Source of the DNA: Eledone cirrhosa | Taxonomy: Eukaryota | Direction: 5' to 3' | Length of the DNA stretch: 64,000 bases | NCBI GenBank assembly: GCA_964016885.1 | Contig: OZ024743.1 | Span: 125,240,001 to 125,304,000 of the forward strand | Shown here: positions 28,777-44,239 of the stretch, piece by piece | How the letters are laid out: every line of letters starts with the position of its first letter | Numbering within the stretch: the first letter of the stretch is position 1 | Made by a program: the position numbers and the translations under genes | The notes under the pieces: model-generated | Seen by the model: the letters and a program-made list of their open reading frames with translations, nothing else | Told to the model about the DNA's origin: nothing | Database searches by the model: none

Positions 28777-29125
28777 GAGATCTATATATATACGCGTGTT
28801 GAAGTATAAAGACGTGTTTTCACTTCTCTGCCCGAGTAAGCAGCAAGTCACACAGCTACAAAACAAAACCAAACAAACCAAATTGACCGGTAATTTATAT
28901 TTACATACATCTATATTCTTATATATTTGAAACCACGTGTTTACCAACTTGTGAGTACATTTTCCTTTAACTACAAATTATTATATACTTTCGTCTTTTC
29001 ATTAATTTCATTAATTTCAAACAACCAAATAACCAGAATATATTTATATATATATATGGTCATATTTATATATACACTTCTCACTCACACACAAGAAAAA
29101 CAAATATATTGAAATACTTAACTAA

Positions 29126-29220
<95 letters not shown>

Positions 29221-29229
29221 AAAACTAGA

Positions 29230-30162
29230 ATGGCTAACCAGCAAAAATCCAAACAGAACTGGTCTGATAATGAAATCGACATTCTAATAAACACATGGCA
29301 TTGCCTTACTCAAACAGAAGACATAGATGCTTCATGCCTGAACGACATTGCTAAACGTACAGTTCACCTTTTGAAAACCCGATCTGAACAACAGATTCAA
29401 AATAAATTAAAGCAAATCGAAGTTGCTTTTAAATTAATCAATAAACATTTGGATAAACTACGGTGTGTTGTTTCTGCGGACGCTATCCAGCAGCAGCAAC
29501 AACAGCTACAACAACAACAGCAACAACAACAACAACAGCAACAGCAGCAACAACAAAAACAACAGCAACAACAACAACGACAACAACAACAACAGTGTGA
29601 ACCACTTCTTGATTCATCAACAATGGCCGATCTACTAAATGAAACTATTGACCTCCCAGTAGCCACTGTGTCACAGCAGGAAACGCCTCTTCCTTTCTCT
29701 GCTCCAGCAGTCCAATCATGACCACTGCCAACCACTCCTCTGCCTACTACTACTACTACTACTACATCTTTGCCTATTGCTATCTCAAGGAATTTACCTT
29801 CTAATACCAGTACAAGAACTCTCCCTCCCACAGCCCACAAAGGTCGTCAAAACATACTCAAACTATCATCTACACCTCTCATAACACACACACACACATA
29901 CACACCCACTCGAAACCCAGTCATTTGCCGCTACTCTCTACGCTATATAATATGTACGGATAGTGGCTGCAAATTCACCCATTTACCTAGGACAAAACGG
30001 TCTATCCCCACAAACAGCCACCACCATAATACATACTCTAATTTAACACCAACACAACCACCAATAACTCAAACAAGAAATCCACAAATCTGCCGCTTTT
30101 CCCAGCAAGACGGATTGTGTTTACACCGGGATTGTCCCTTTACCCATCTCCCGGACAAATGA
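29230..30162 (+). pseudogene. Intronless Myb/SANT-like + polyQ + two CCCH zinc-finger ORF with one in-frame TGA (29719-29721)
   Basis: NWSDNEIDILINTW...RSEQQIQNKLKQI (Myb/SANT-like). ORFs 29230-29721 and 29770-30162 share one frame. CRYSLRYIICTDSGCKFTH and CRFSQQDGLCLHRDCPFTH both fit C-x8-C-x4-C-x3-H. Confidence 0.65.
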
Positions 30163-30393
30163 AAATAAAAATAAAAATAAAAGCAAAAACAAAAACCATA
30201 ACCTACATAAAAATAACCACTACCACAGTCACCAACAGTCTCCTAAACAGGAAACTTCTTCCTCTTTTTTAGCCATAATGAATCTGGCAAAAGAACTGGA
30301 AAAAAACATTCGAGCTATCACCCAGCACCACCCTCCACTATCACCCCACTGCACAAACTCCCATTGCTGCCATTAACAAACAAACAAATTACA

Positions 30394-30480
<87 letters not shown>

Positions 30481-30515
30481 AAATATAAATATATATATAT
30501 ATGTGTATATATGTT

Positions 30516-30637
<122 letters not shown>

Positions 30638-30680
30638 CATACATATATATACATATATATATATATATACATATATATAC

Positions 30681-30757
<77 letters not shown>

Positions 30758-30772
30758 CATATATATATATAC

Positions 30773-30809
<37 letters not shown>

Positions 30810-30826
30810 CATATATATATATACAC

Positions 30827-30881
<55 letters not shown>

Positions 30882-31000
30882 CATATATATATACACATAT
30901 ATATATATACACATATATATATACATATATATATATACACATATATATATACACACATATATATATAAACATATATATATATATATATATATATACATAC

Positions 31001-31033
<33 letters not shown>

Positions 31034-31241
31034 CACATATATATATATATACACATATATATATATATACATATATAAAGGTTAACATATACATAAAGTT
31101 ATAGATATATACATGTTGCAACTGGTCACTTTTAAGCTCTATGAAGAATTAATAAATTTAAAAAATCAGAGCAATATATCATAAATTCTCGCACACACAA
31201 CCCTGCTGACCTTTATCACAACAACGAAAACTTTATTACTA

Positions 31242-31331
<90 letters not shown>

Positions 31332-31574
31332 TTGTTGTGAAAGAGTCATTTCTCAGTCAGCCGATACAAACCTACATTTGGCGCAAAATCAATTTTTTAC
31401 ATTCACATGACCTCTACCCACCAATCAAAATTGTTTTGACCACACGAATTTTTGCAACACGAATTGGCGCAAAATTTATTTAAATACCGCTGGAGCCACT
31501 TTTTTAACATAAAAACAGGTAGAATTCCCAAAACTAATCAGATCAGAGCAAACATGACGCTCTATCTCAAAATT

Positions 31575-31612
31575 ATTTTTGAAAAGCATTAGAAATGCGC
31601 AACCGGTAAAAC
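31575..31612 (+). ncRNA. Degenerate hammerhead motif (U3:A8; GAAA mutated to GCAA)
   Basis: ttt-TTGAAAA-gcat(tagaa)atgc-GCAA-ccgg-TA-aaa, the same architecture as 2095-2133. Confidence 0.5.
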
Positions 31613-31718
31613 TTAAAACCAAAACTGAATACTAACCAATACAATTACTAATTCTCACTTATTCCAAATTAAACTATTTTTCACTGTGAACAATTTGTCA
31701 GCATTTTCTATTCCGTTT

Positions 31719-31827
<109 letters not shown>

Positions 31828-31829
31828 TG

Positions 31830-31878
<49 letters not shown>

Positions 31879-31901
31879 ATATATATATATATAAATATGT
31901 T

Positions 31902-32035
<134 letters not shown>

Positions 32036-32111
32036 TAGATAGATATAGACATATATATAGACATATATATACATATATATATAGACATATATATATATAG
32101 AAATATATCTA

Positions 32112-32197
<86 letters not shown>

Positions 32198-32209
32198 CAT
32201 ATATATATG

Positions 32210-32240
<31 letters not shown>

Positions 32241-32246
<6 letters not shown>

Positions 32247-33036
32247 GGAAAAAATGAAACGATATTTCATTTCCCACTCTTAGTACGGCTGTTACTTAAA
32301 TATAAGTATGTACACGTACATACATATATGTATACCGACGTACAGTAGTATGTATATATATATATATACATACATGCACACATATATATATGCACGTATG
32401 GATTCATCGAACATTTATTATAATGCTCGGTGTGTTTGTAAACAAACATCCCGTATTAAGCCGTAGTGTCTAGCAACCACCGTTGCTCGTTTGTTCAACA
32501 CTGACAAAGGAACGCTGTACTAGTTTCAAGCTTGTTAGCTATCGTCAGCAACGTATACCTTCCTGCCAGATTGTTGAACGTATATACTTACTTTATGCAT
32601 ATTAATGGCTGAGTAGCCCAATTTGCATATCGAGTGGGTTAATCGGCCGGGTGCACCGAAAACGATAAACGGAAAAAATGAAACGATATTTCAATTCCCA
32701 CTCTTAGTACGGCTGTTACTTAAATATAAGTATGTACACGTACATACATATATGTATACCGACGTACAGTAGTATGTATATATATATATATACATACATG
32801 CACACATATATATATGCACGTATAGATTCACCGAACATTTATTATAATGCTCGGTGTGTTTGTAAACAAACATCCCGTATTAAGCCGTAGTGTCTAGCAA
32901 CCACCGTTGCTCGTTTGTTCAACACTGACAAAGAAACGCTGTACTAGTTTCAAGCTTGTTAGCTATCGTCAGCAACGTATACCTTCCTGCCAGATTGTTG
33001 AACGTATATACTTACCTTATGCATATTAACGGCTGA
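32241..33036 (-). mobile_element. Retrozyme-like tandem repeat: 424-bp unit, ~1.9 copies, one HHR per unit
   Basis: 32241-32664 recurs from 32665 with few substitutions. (TA)n flanks both sides. Confidence 0.8.
32512..32554 (-). ncRNA. Minimal type I hammerhead ribozyme (second copy at 32936-32978)
   Basis: On -: acgttg-CTGACGA-tagct(aaca)agctt-GAAA-ctag-TA-cagcgt, with a 6-bp stem I and a GUA triplet. Confidence 0.82.
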
Positions 33037-33051
33037 TATATATATATACGG

Positions 33052-33161
<110 letters not shown>

Positions 33162-33478
33162 CGGCATATATATATATATATACGGCTGATATATATATAT
33201 ACATATATATATATAAGTATGCATATATATACATATATATATATACATATATATTTGTATGTATATATATACATATATATATATACATATATATTTGTAT
33301 GTATATATATACATATATATATATACATATATATTTGTATGTATATATATACATATATATATATACATATATATTTGTATGTATATATATACATATATAT
33401 ATATACATATATATATATACATATATATATACATATATATATGTATATATATATATGTATATATATATATATGTATAC

Positions 33479-33543
<65 letters not shown>

Positions 33544-33585
33544 CATATATATATGTATATATATATATATATATATGTATGTATA

Positions 33586-33689
<104 letters not shown>

Positions 33690-33704
33690 CATATATATAT
33701 ATAC

Positions 33705-33755
<51 letters not shown>

Positions 33756-33772
33756 TACATATATATATATAC

Positions 33773-33877
<105 letters not shown>

Positions 33878-33893
33878 TATACATATACATATA

Positions 33894-33925
<32 letters not shown>

Positions 33926-33970
33926 CATATATATATATATACATATATATATATACATATATATATATAC

Positions 33971-34183
<213 letters not shown>

Positions 34184-34188
34184 TATAC

Positions 34189-34223
<35 letters not shown>

Positions 34224-34224
34224 C

Positions 34225-34401
<177 letters not shown>

Positions 34402-34490
34402 CATATATATATATACATATATATATATATACATATATATATACATATATACATATATATATATACATATATATATACATATATATATAC

Positions 34491-34521
<31 letters not shown>

Positions 34522-34527
34522 CATATG

Positions 34528-34622
<95 letters not shown>

Positions 34623-34666
34623 GTATATATATATATGTATATATATATATATGTATATATATATGC

Positions 34667-34871
<205 letters not shown>

Positions 34872-35083
34872 TATACATATATACATACATATATATATAT
34901 ATATATACATATATATATGTATATATATGTATATATATATATATATAGGTAGTAGGAGCAGATGGATACTAGAGTCGGGTCCATAACTCATATGGGTCAC
35001 CTTGATCAAATCCTCTGCGAAACGCGTGTAACAGTTCGATACGCAATAAATATATGTAAACGAAACTTCTTCGTTTTTCCTAT

Positions 35084-35157
<74 letters not shown>

Positions 35158-35914
35158 TATACATACATATATATTTGTGTGTGTGTTAAAATATTGATTA
35201 ATGCGTAGAGCAATCTATCGTTTTTTCTGACAAAAGTAGGACTATCTTTTTCTCAGATCTTCTTATACCATTGCACCAATATAATCATAGAAACACGCAT
35301 AATGTGGATATATTTGTCTAGACAATGTTTTCCACTTGAATTTTTGAATGTATATATATATAGCTGACGATGGAAACTCCTTTCTTCCTTTCTCCTCCTG
35401 TTCCGTCCTAACCACCATCCCAAACCTTGTTTTTAGTAACCACACAGCACCTTTCGTTTCATAACTTTATATATATATATATATATACGAACTACAACAT
35501 ACATACGAACTACAACATAAAAACACTTAAATGAAAATCACATACCCAACTATATCATGTGCTTTACATTCATTACACCTTACATAAAAAATACCTACAT
35601 TATCACCAAACGCCTCTCTAACAGATTGCACACTATCTTAAATGGTTATTACAAATATAACATGCTTTAACACCCCACACAAAATATGTTTATTTCAACT
35701 GCATTATAACTCTCTCCTCATACATGCATTATTGACTGTATTGACTCCTGCATTGTACATCAATCGTCTTTGCTTGTAACTTCTTCGCCTGTGTTTTTTT
35801 GCTTGTGTGTTTTGCTTTTTTGCTTTTTTACTTTTACTTACATTTCCAAACACTGCTGCCTGTAATTGTGTTATTTCAAGCGGTACATCTTGTTAACTTC
35901 CTGAATCTCCACAT

Positions 35915-36400
35915 GATGCCCACCAGATCCGTCACCTGGGCCGAGTCCGTTGATCCCATGGTGATGTCGAAATTGTCCGGCCTATCTTTCCTGGTCCACA
36001 AGTCACCGTTGAACTCAATTAAGGTTTTCCTAGCTGGGAGAATAATGTTAATTTCTTCAGATGTAAGGTCGGTGTGTAAGCTAGCAAAGTTTAGGGCCTT
36101 ACCTAGAAGAGTTGGAGAGATCGAAGAGTAGTAGTTAGAGATATCGAACTGTATAAACTTAGTGCTATTCTTATTCTGCGATTTCTCAAACTAGTTAATT
36201 ACCTCACTAGTTCCTGACCATAATTTAAGCTTCGATCTCCTAACTAGAGTGGGGATTATTTTATCAAGGATATTTTTACTCACGATTCCTATGTCCGACT
36301 TCGAAGGGGCTATCAGCCTGACAGGTCTTGATGATTTGTGGTCCATAATTTTCTCAGCCCAGCCATATAACGGCAGCACTGGCGTTTATAATTTGTGTAT
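35915..36400 (-). pseudogene. PLE reverse transcriptase N-terminal fragment (second, diverged family)
   Basis: RLIAPSKSDIGIVSKNILD...W...VIN*F...FIQFDISNYYSSI...ARKTL...W.RK...FDITMGSTDSAQVTDLVG. Confidence 0.82.
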
Positions 36401-37324
36401 AGTTGAAACCTTTAATATTATTAGAGGCGGCCCCCTATTAATCAATAGGAGAGCGGATCTTTTCAGCAACTGCCAACATAGAACCTCGTAAATCTTCCGC
36501 AGGATTTTTGGAAAGTAACCTACCACTAACTCCTCCCTCTCTACCTTAGCCATAGAGTTCTCTCAATTAGCAAAAAAACAGACAATCACACACTCAGGTA
36601 GTTAGACAGCGAAGATCGTTTGCGCACTTACAAACGGTACTCGGCCTGTTTCCACAGAGTCCTCATAGCTGAGTACACATTAGAAGACCTAGTTAGTAAA
36701 TTGTTAGAATGATTACACACTCAGGTAAGACCGATTAGGCGCATTCACCATTACTTTAGGATACCCCAACCATTGAGTTCTCTCGGTTAGGATATAGCTA
36801 GACGTATTACACACTCAGTTAAGACTAATTACGCTATCTATACATAACTCTAAACACAGTACCTGGTTTCTTTAGACACTGAGTTCCCACAGTTATTACT
36901 GGTCACGTTCCTATCGATTGAACACTACACTAGGTTTTGATCCGTGATCATCTAACCATGGAGTGCTCACGGTTACAGATTGGACAATAATACTTACACA
37001 CCATTAATGGGCCTACACACACCCTCTGGGTTTTGCTATTATTTGTTATTTTATTTTGCCTTTTGTGTTGGATAACACACCTCCACCACTCAAACGCCCT
37101 ATCTTAAAAGCCGAAGGGCCCATATGACGGGAAATCGCACATACTGACACCTTAACCCAAGTACCCAACCCTACACAGAGCCTCTTGGTGGCCTACATAG
37201 CGGTTGCTTGAACGCACAGATTTGGGGATTCAGATTTTCAATGGGACAACGGCACATACTGAGTTCGATATGAGCTGACTACTTGCTCTTCACATGATGT
37301 GTATATACCTAAACATACACTTTT

Positions 37325-37802
37325 CTGGACGATACGGATGTGTATATACCATAACAGCCTTTTGGCTAAGATCAAAGTGTAGTGTATATACCATAACATA
37401 CACTATTTGGAGATACAGATGTTATAATTCAATCTATATACGTATAGCAGAACACTGAACTGAACTTACTTGCGTGTGTAGAGGGTTGCGGTTGATCCAA
37501 TTTTTCCAATTCTTTTGGACGATACGGATGTATATACTGTAACATACACTATTTTGAGATACGGATGTTACAATTCAATCTATACACGTATAGCAGAACA
37601 CTGAACTGAACTTACTTGCGTGTGTATAGGGTTGCGGTTGACCCACTTTTTCCAATTCTTTTGGACGATACGGATGTATATACTATAACATACACTATTT
37701 TGAGATACGGATGATACAATTCAATCTATACACGTATAGCAGAACATTGAACTGAACTTACTTGCGTGTGTAGAGGGTTGCGGTTGACCCACTTTTTCCA
37801 AT
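37325..37802. repeat. 146-bp tandem repeat, 3 copies
   Basis: Units start at TGGACGATACGGATG (~37325, 37515, 37661). The first unit carries an insertion. Confidence 0.9.
37357..37383 (+). pseudogene. U2 snRNA 5' fragment retrocopy with TSD
   Basis: GCCTTTTGGCTAAGATCAAAGTGTAGT matches the conserved U2 5' region. It is flanked by GTGTATATACCATAACA (37340-37356 and 37382-37398, overlapping by GT). Confidence 0.85.
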
Positions 37803-38158
37803 TTACATCGTCAAATTGAGATTTGACCAATATAACATTTGTTGTTTTGTAAACTAACTTTCGGTGAATACTATGTTGGTATATTTGTATTTTTTCTTTA
37901 ACCTCATGTCGGTGTGTGTGAGTGTGTGTGTACCCACTCACACATTAACTGTGACCGACTGTAATTCTACAGATTTGATTGATGTCCAGCGTCTTTTACA
38001 GCTATTGGGAGATAGAGACTTGATATTTTATGATCCTAACTGAGGACGATAGCAGTCGCCGTGTTTTGACTGCTTGATCTTCATATGAGGGACTAAACTT
38101 TGTGAATGAACACCGTTAATTTTCTCCCTCATATCAAGGATTTGAAGACAATTCATTT

Positions 38159-38232
38159 TCACCTGACGAGATCAGTGATAATCGATCTGGGCCACATGAT
38201 CGATCTATCTCTTATTGAAACACGTGTCGTGA
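38159..38232 (+). ncRNA. Type I hammerhead ribozyme
   Basis: tcac-CTGACGA-gat...atcgatc(...)gatcgat...att-GAAA-cacgtg-TC-gtga, with a canonical GUC triplet. Confidence 0.78.
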
Positions 38233-38415
38233 TTAAAATGATTGGAAATTTATACCATGCCTTCGGATCTTTATTTTGATACAAATACTCCGTTTTACAT
38301 CATCCAGCTGTTACCATAAATGGAATTGGAGATATACAAAAGCGTGGAAAACTTAATATTGCTAACACAACTTTTATTGGACCGTTTGACACAACCAATA
38401 ATACATCTTACTATA

Positions 38416-38478
<63 letters not shown>

Positions 38479-38489
38479 GTATTTATATA

Positions 38490-38696
38490 TAAGCGAAGGC
38501 TTATAATGTACTACCACCTCTCCGTCAGAGAATAAAAAAGAAGAAAGAAAGAAAGAAAAAAAGAAAGAACGAAAGAAAGAAGAGAAGTCAGCGTAAGGGT
38601 CACACTACAGTTATGCTAGAATAACATTTTTCGCGGGGTCTTCTAGCATGACATAGTGTGACCCCTACGCTGACTTCTCTTCTTTCTTTCTCTCTG

Positions 38697-38765
<69 letters not shown>

Positions 38766-39070
38766 TTTTGTACTCTCTGACGGAGAGGTGGTAGTACATT
38801 ATAAGCTTTCGCCCCCTCACCAGATGGTCATTAGTAGTTTGATTTGCCATCACTTGAGGACGACTGGCCGAGGTGAAAGCAGCTAGTTGGTCAGTCGTCC
38901 TCTCTGTCTCTGATTTCGGACCCATGGATTTTATATATTCCTTTGTTACATTTCGAATACCTGATGATATCACCGGATTCATACGGAACCCGGTCATTGA
39001 AATGATCATAGTATAATAAACTTTTCAAGGATTTACACCAGTCCAGCCTCCTGTTATTTTATTTGTAATT
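38490..39070 (+). mobile_element. Fold-back pseudo-LTR insertion; second copy inverted at ~52478-52808
   Basis: 38492-38620 is inverted against 38641-38811. 38760-39090 is near-identical to the reverse complement of 52478-52808. Confidence 0.75.
38957..39014 (+). ncRNA. Type I hammerhead ribozyme (mirror copy at 52555-52612 on -)
   Basis: atac-CTGATGA-tatcaccgg...ccggtcatt-GAAA-tgatca-TA-gtat. Confidence 0.75.
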
Positions 39071-39085
39071 ATATATATATACACG

Positions 39086-39138
<53 letters not shown>

Positions 39139-39206
39139 GTATATATATATATATACGTATATATATATATATATATACACATATATATATATATATATAT
39201 ATACAC

Positions 39207-39242
<36 letters not shown>

Positions 39243-39302
39243 GTATATATATATATACACGTATATATATATATATACACGTATATATATATATATATAC
39301 AC

Positions 39303-39338
<36 letters not shown>

Positions 39339-39409
39339 GTATATATATATATATATATATATATACGTATATATATATATATATATACGTGTATATATAT
39401 ATATAAAAC

Positions 39410-39449
<40 letters not shown>

Positions 39450-39483
39450 AGATTTGAATGGATACAGTTTAGTTGAAATGAAT

Positions 39484-39600
39484 TTATTGACACGTGTTTC
39501 TATAACAGTTACATAACCTAAAACAGCTATCTACAAACTTTTAGTTATGCAGACATTCAATATTTCAATGTTATTATTTACTGTCATTTCATCAGAATAA
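39484..39600 (-). ncRNA. Type I hammerhead ribozyme with branched ~90-nt stem II
   Basis: On -: ttatt-CTGATGA-aatgacagt...actgttata-GAAA-cacgtg-TC-aataa. Confidence 0.78.
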
Positions 39601-39896
39601 TATTACTGAGGACCTATTTAGTTTTTATAGAGAATATTAGGAGGGAGGGGTGAAGTTGTTAGAAGAATAGTTGAAGGAGTGGTTTTTCGATAGCAGTGAG
39701 AATTCTTGGTGGCAGTGAGTAATTAGATTCCCATCTGTTGTTTTGACATTTTTTATAGAATATATTATTGGTTATTTTTCTAAATCTATAGAAGGATTAG
39801 AGATAGTGAAGATATGCGTGGTTGGTTTTTGGTATATATATATATATATATATATATATACGTATATATATACGTATATATATATATATATACGTG

Positions 39897-39945
<49 letters not shown>

Positions 39946-40157
39946 GTATATATATACGTATATATATATACGTATATATATATATATACGTATATATATA
40001 TATACGTAAATATATATATACGTAAATATATATATATATATATATATATATACGTATATATATATATATATACGTATATATATATATATATACGTATATA
40101 TATATATATATATACGTATATATATATATATATATATATCTATATATATATATATAC

Positions 40158-40265
<108 letters not shown>

Positions 40266-40460
40266 AGATAAATCTACCAAGAGTTTACGGTAGTGTCCAA
40301 TCCGTATGAAGAACTCAATGTATTCCGGATATCATGGAAAGAAGAGATGTAATGAAAAATCACTTTCGGTGAAAGATAAACGGTATACAGAGTCAAGATA
40401 AAATATTAAACAAATAATGAATAAAACAATGAAACAGTTCCTTATATTAAACAAAAAAAG

Positions 40461-40615
40461 TTCATTATTTAACGATCGTTTCTAGGATATATATGTGTTA
40501 GAATTGGCATGCATATTCAACAGATCTATGTACAAAATTATACAAAATTATACAAACTATCAAGATTAAATATACATACCAAACACACATATACGCCGTC
40601 TTCAGAAATAATGAA
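40461..40615 (-). ncRNA. Hammerhead ribozyme with ~116-nt stem II (mirror copy at 49406-49560 on +)
   Basis: ttcattattt-CTGAAGA-cggcgtatatgtgt...acacatatatatccta-GAAA-cgatcg-TT-aaataatgaa, with a perfect 10-bp stem I. Confidence 0.82.
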
Positions 40616-41243
40616 ATATATTTATTGATAATAACAACAATTCAAAATTTCAGGTCCGTTTGGGAACAAAATTGACCAATGAAAATACAAAAGGTTTTAT
40701 GCAGTTTGGCGTGTGTATATACATGTAACTACCCCGTACACATATTTATACAAAGATGTATGCTCAACATGCATACGCATGCCAAAAAGATGCATGCAAA
40801 TACAAAATTTCAAGGTTAATGTCTCTGTAAGTTTATAATGCACAGATAAGATGCGTATAGACACATAAATATGAAATAAGTGTATACACATATTCTCATA
40901 CTCACACATATCCGTACACTCACACACACGCGCGCGTATATGCATAAACATACACATAATTACGAACATACATACACACACACACCCCCACACACATATA
41001 TATATATGTGGATATAATATTATCATAAGCACATGGATATTAATTCACTCACATAAACACTGCCACACACATTTAGATCAAGATACAGAAATTAGGTGGG
41101 AGGGGGGGAGAGGTCAGTATTCAACGGTTTGGGCAGACTGCTTATTTATAGATGTATCTATAAACTAAGAAATAAAAAATAAAAATTAAAAAGGAAAGAA
41201 AAGAAAAAGAAAAAAGAAAAAAGAAATATATCAAGAAAATATA

Positions 41244-41305
<62 letters not shown>

Positions 41306-41393
41306 CACACATCTACACTTAGAACACACATACACACACATATATAAACATATACATATACACACATACACACATATACACACATACATATAA

Positions 41394-41426
<33 letters not shown>

Positions 41427-41945
41427 TACACATATAATCACACATACATATATAGACACACATATATATACACATACACGCACATATACATACACATACA
41501 TACTTATATACATACAGATATACACATACATACCTATATATACACACAAATACATACAGACATACATACATACATACACACAAATACTTACGCATCCATA
41601 TATCGGTATATACATACAAACACCACTACACTCTCACACAACTCAGACATACAAAGAAAAAGGTATATACCTATACACATATACACATACAAATAGAGAT
41701 ACATATACATATATATATATATATACACATATATATATATATATATATATACATACACATATACACACATATATATACATACACATACATACATGTACTC
41801 ACACATACATATACATACATACACACATACACACATACATATATAGTCATACACACACATACACCTACACGAACATACACATACACATATATAAAGATAT
41901 ATATACACACACACACATACACACACACACATATATATAAAATAA

Positions 41946-42002
<57 letters not shown>

Positions 42003-42619
42003 CACATATACATAGACATATATGTACATACATACACACACATACATACATATACACACATATATATATATATATACACACATAGACACATACATACATA
42101 CACACACAACATACATACACACACATATATACTCATACATAGACATAGATATATATTCATACATACATACGCACTTACATATACTCATATATACAAATAC
42201 ATACGCATCCATATATGCGTATATACATACAAACACCACTACACTCTCACACAACTCAGACATACAAAGAAAAAGGTATATACATATACATATATACACA
42301 CATTAATAGAGATACATATACGCATATATATATACATATACACATACATTTATATATATACACCCACACACACATACAACCATAAACACACATACAAACA
42401 CACACATACACACATATATACATACATATATATACACACACACAAAAAAAACACACATACACATATATATTTTTTTACACATATATATACATATATATAC
42501 ATATACACACCCTCACATATACACACATACACATAAGTTATATTATAATAATAAATAATATATATATATATATATATATACACATACGAATATAGACATA
42601 TATACACACATAGATATAC

Positions 42620-42655
<36 letters not shown>

Positions 42656-42831
42656 TCACATATATATGTGCGCACACGTACATATATACACATACACACA
42701 TATACACATAAACATATACATGTGCATACATGTACATACACACATATAGCCACATAGATACGAAGATAGACATATATATAGAGAGACATACATATATATA
42801 CACATATATATATATACACATACATACACAC

Positions 42832-42864
<33 letters not shown>

Positions 42865-43656
42865 TACACGCCCACACACATATACACATATACACATATA
42901 TATATATATACATATACACATATATATACACACATGCATATATACACATATATATATACATACACACATATATATACACACAATCTTACATTCTTATTTG
43001 CATGCGCATATATGTATTTTTATATTCAGATATAAATACCCAAACATATATACACCTACCTACATATATATTCATACATACACGCTTACAAACACAGATG
43101 ATAATAGTATGGGGGAAAGGGGGGGTTGGAGAAGGGGATTATAGTAAATATATGTTTCAAGAAACATAGAATATTATCTGTATCTGGATCCCAATATATG
43201 TTTTTACATAGTTTCAGTGTTAGGAAATACAAGAAATAAGGCAAAATTATGCATTTCAAAATAAGTATACCATTAATTATATGTTAACTAAACTAAAGAT
43301 AGTTAACATATTGATTTCTAAGGTGTAAATTAGTTAGGTTTATAATATTTGAAGCAGAATTTTGAAGTTAAATAGTAGTAGAGTATTAATTATAGTATAA
43401 CTAAATTAAAGTTATTAACGTTATGGTATCAATATTAGGAAATGAATTTAGTAATAGGGAAAAAACAAATAAAGTATTACATCGGTAGTAGAATATAAAT
43501 TATAGGTTAACTAAATTAAAAATTATATATTAATTTCTATAGTATATGTTAATTAGGTATATAATAAATAAAACAGATATTGTATTTTATCAATAGCAGA
43601 ATATAATTATATGCAAATAGAAATCAAAATTAATACATATACATATACATATACAT

Positions 43657-43747
<91 letters not shown>

Positions 43748-44239
43748 TACATACACATACATATACATACATACATATACATATTTTTTCAAAAATTGCA
43801 AAGAATATATTAACTAGGTATACATCCAAAACACATCCCATTCTATGATTACATGACACTCTGCAATCCGTCTGTATAAGGATACTAATTTTAAGCCAAT
43901 TAAATTAAATTTTTAGGTTGACTAAATTTAAAACCAAATTATAAATATATTTCTAAAATGTATATTAATTAGGTCTATAATACTAAAAATTATTTCTCTG
44001 TCATTGGATACACGATATTTTGTTATATTTTATCTGTAAAGGAATTTTAATAAAAGGTTTAAATAAATTAAAATTAATCTATAAATTAAATTACTAAGTA
44101 TATATTAGTAATATTTAAAGGTTTTTCACAATTTATGATTACACAATATTTTATATTCTCATCTGTAGTAGAATTTTAATTAAATTAAATTTATAGGTTA
44201 ACTAACATTTAAATTAAATTAATTTCTAAAATAATGTTA

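Noticed and set aside
34955-35035. GAAACGCGTGTA with a long stem II
   Set aside because: The 5' catalytic core is absent (AGTAGGA). At best a decayed HHR. The same applies to partial motifs near 26580 and 28810.
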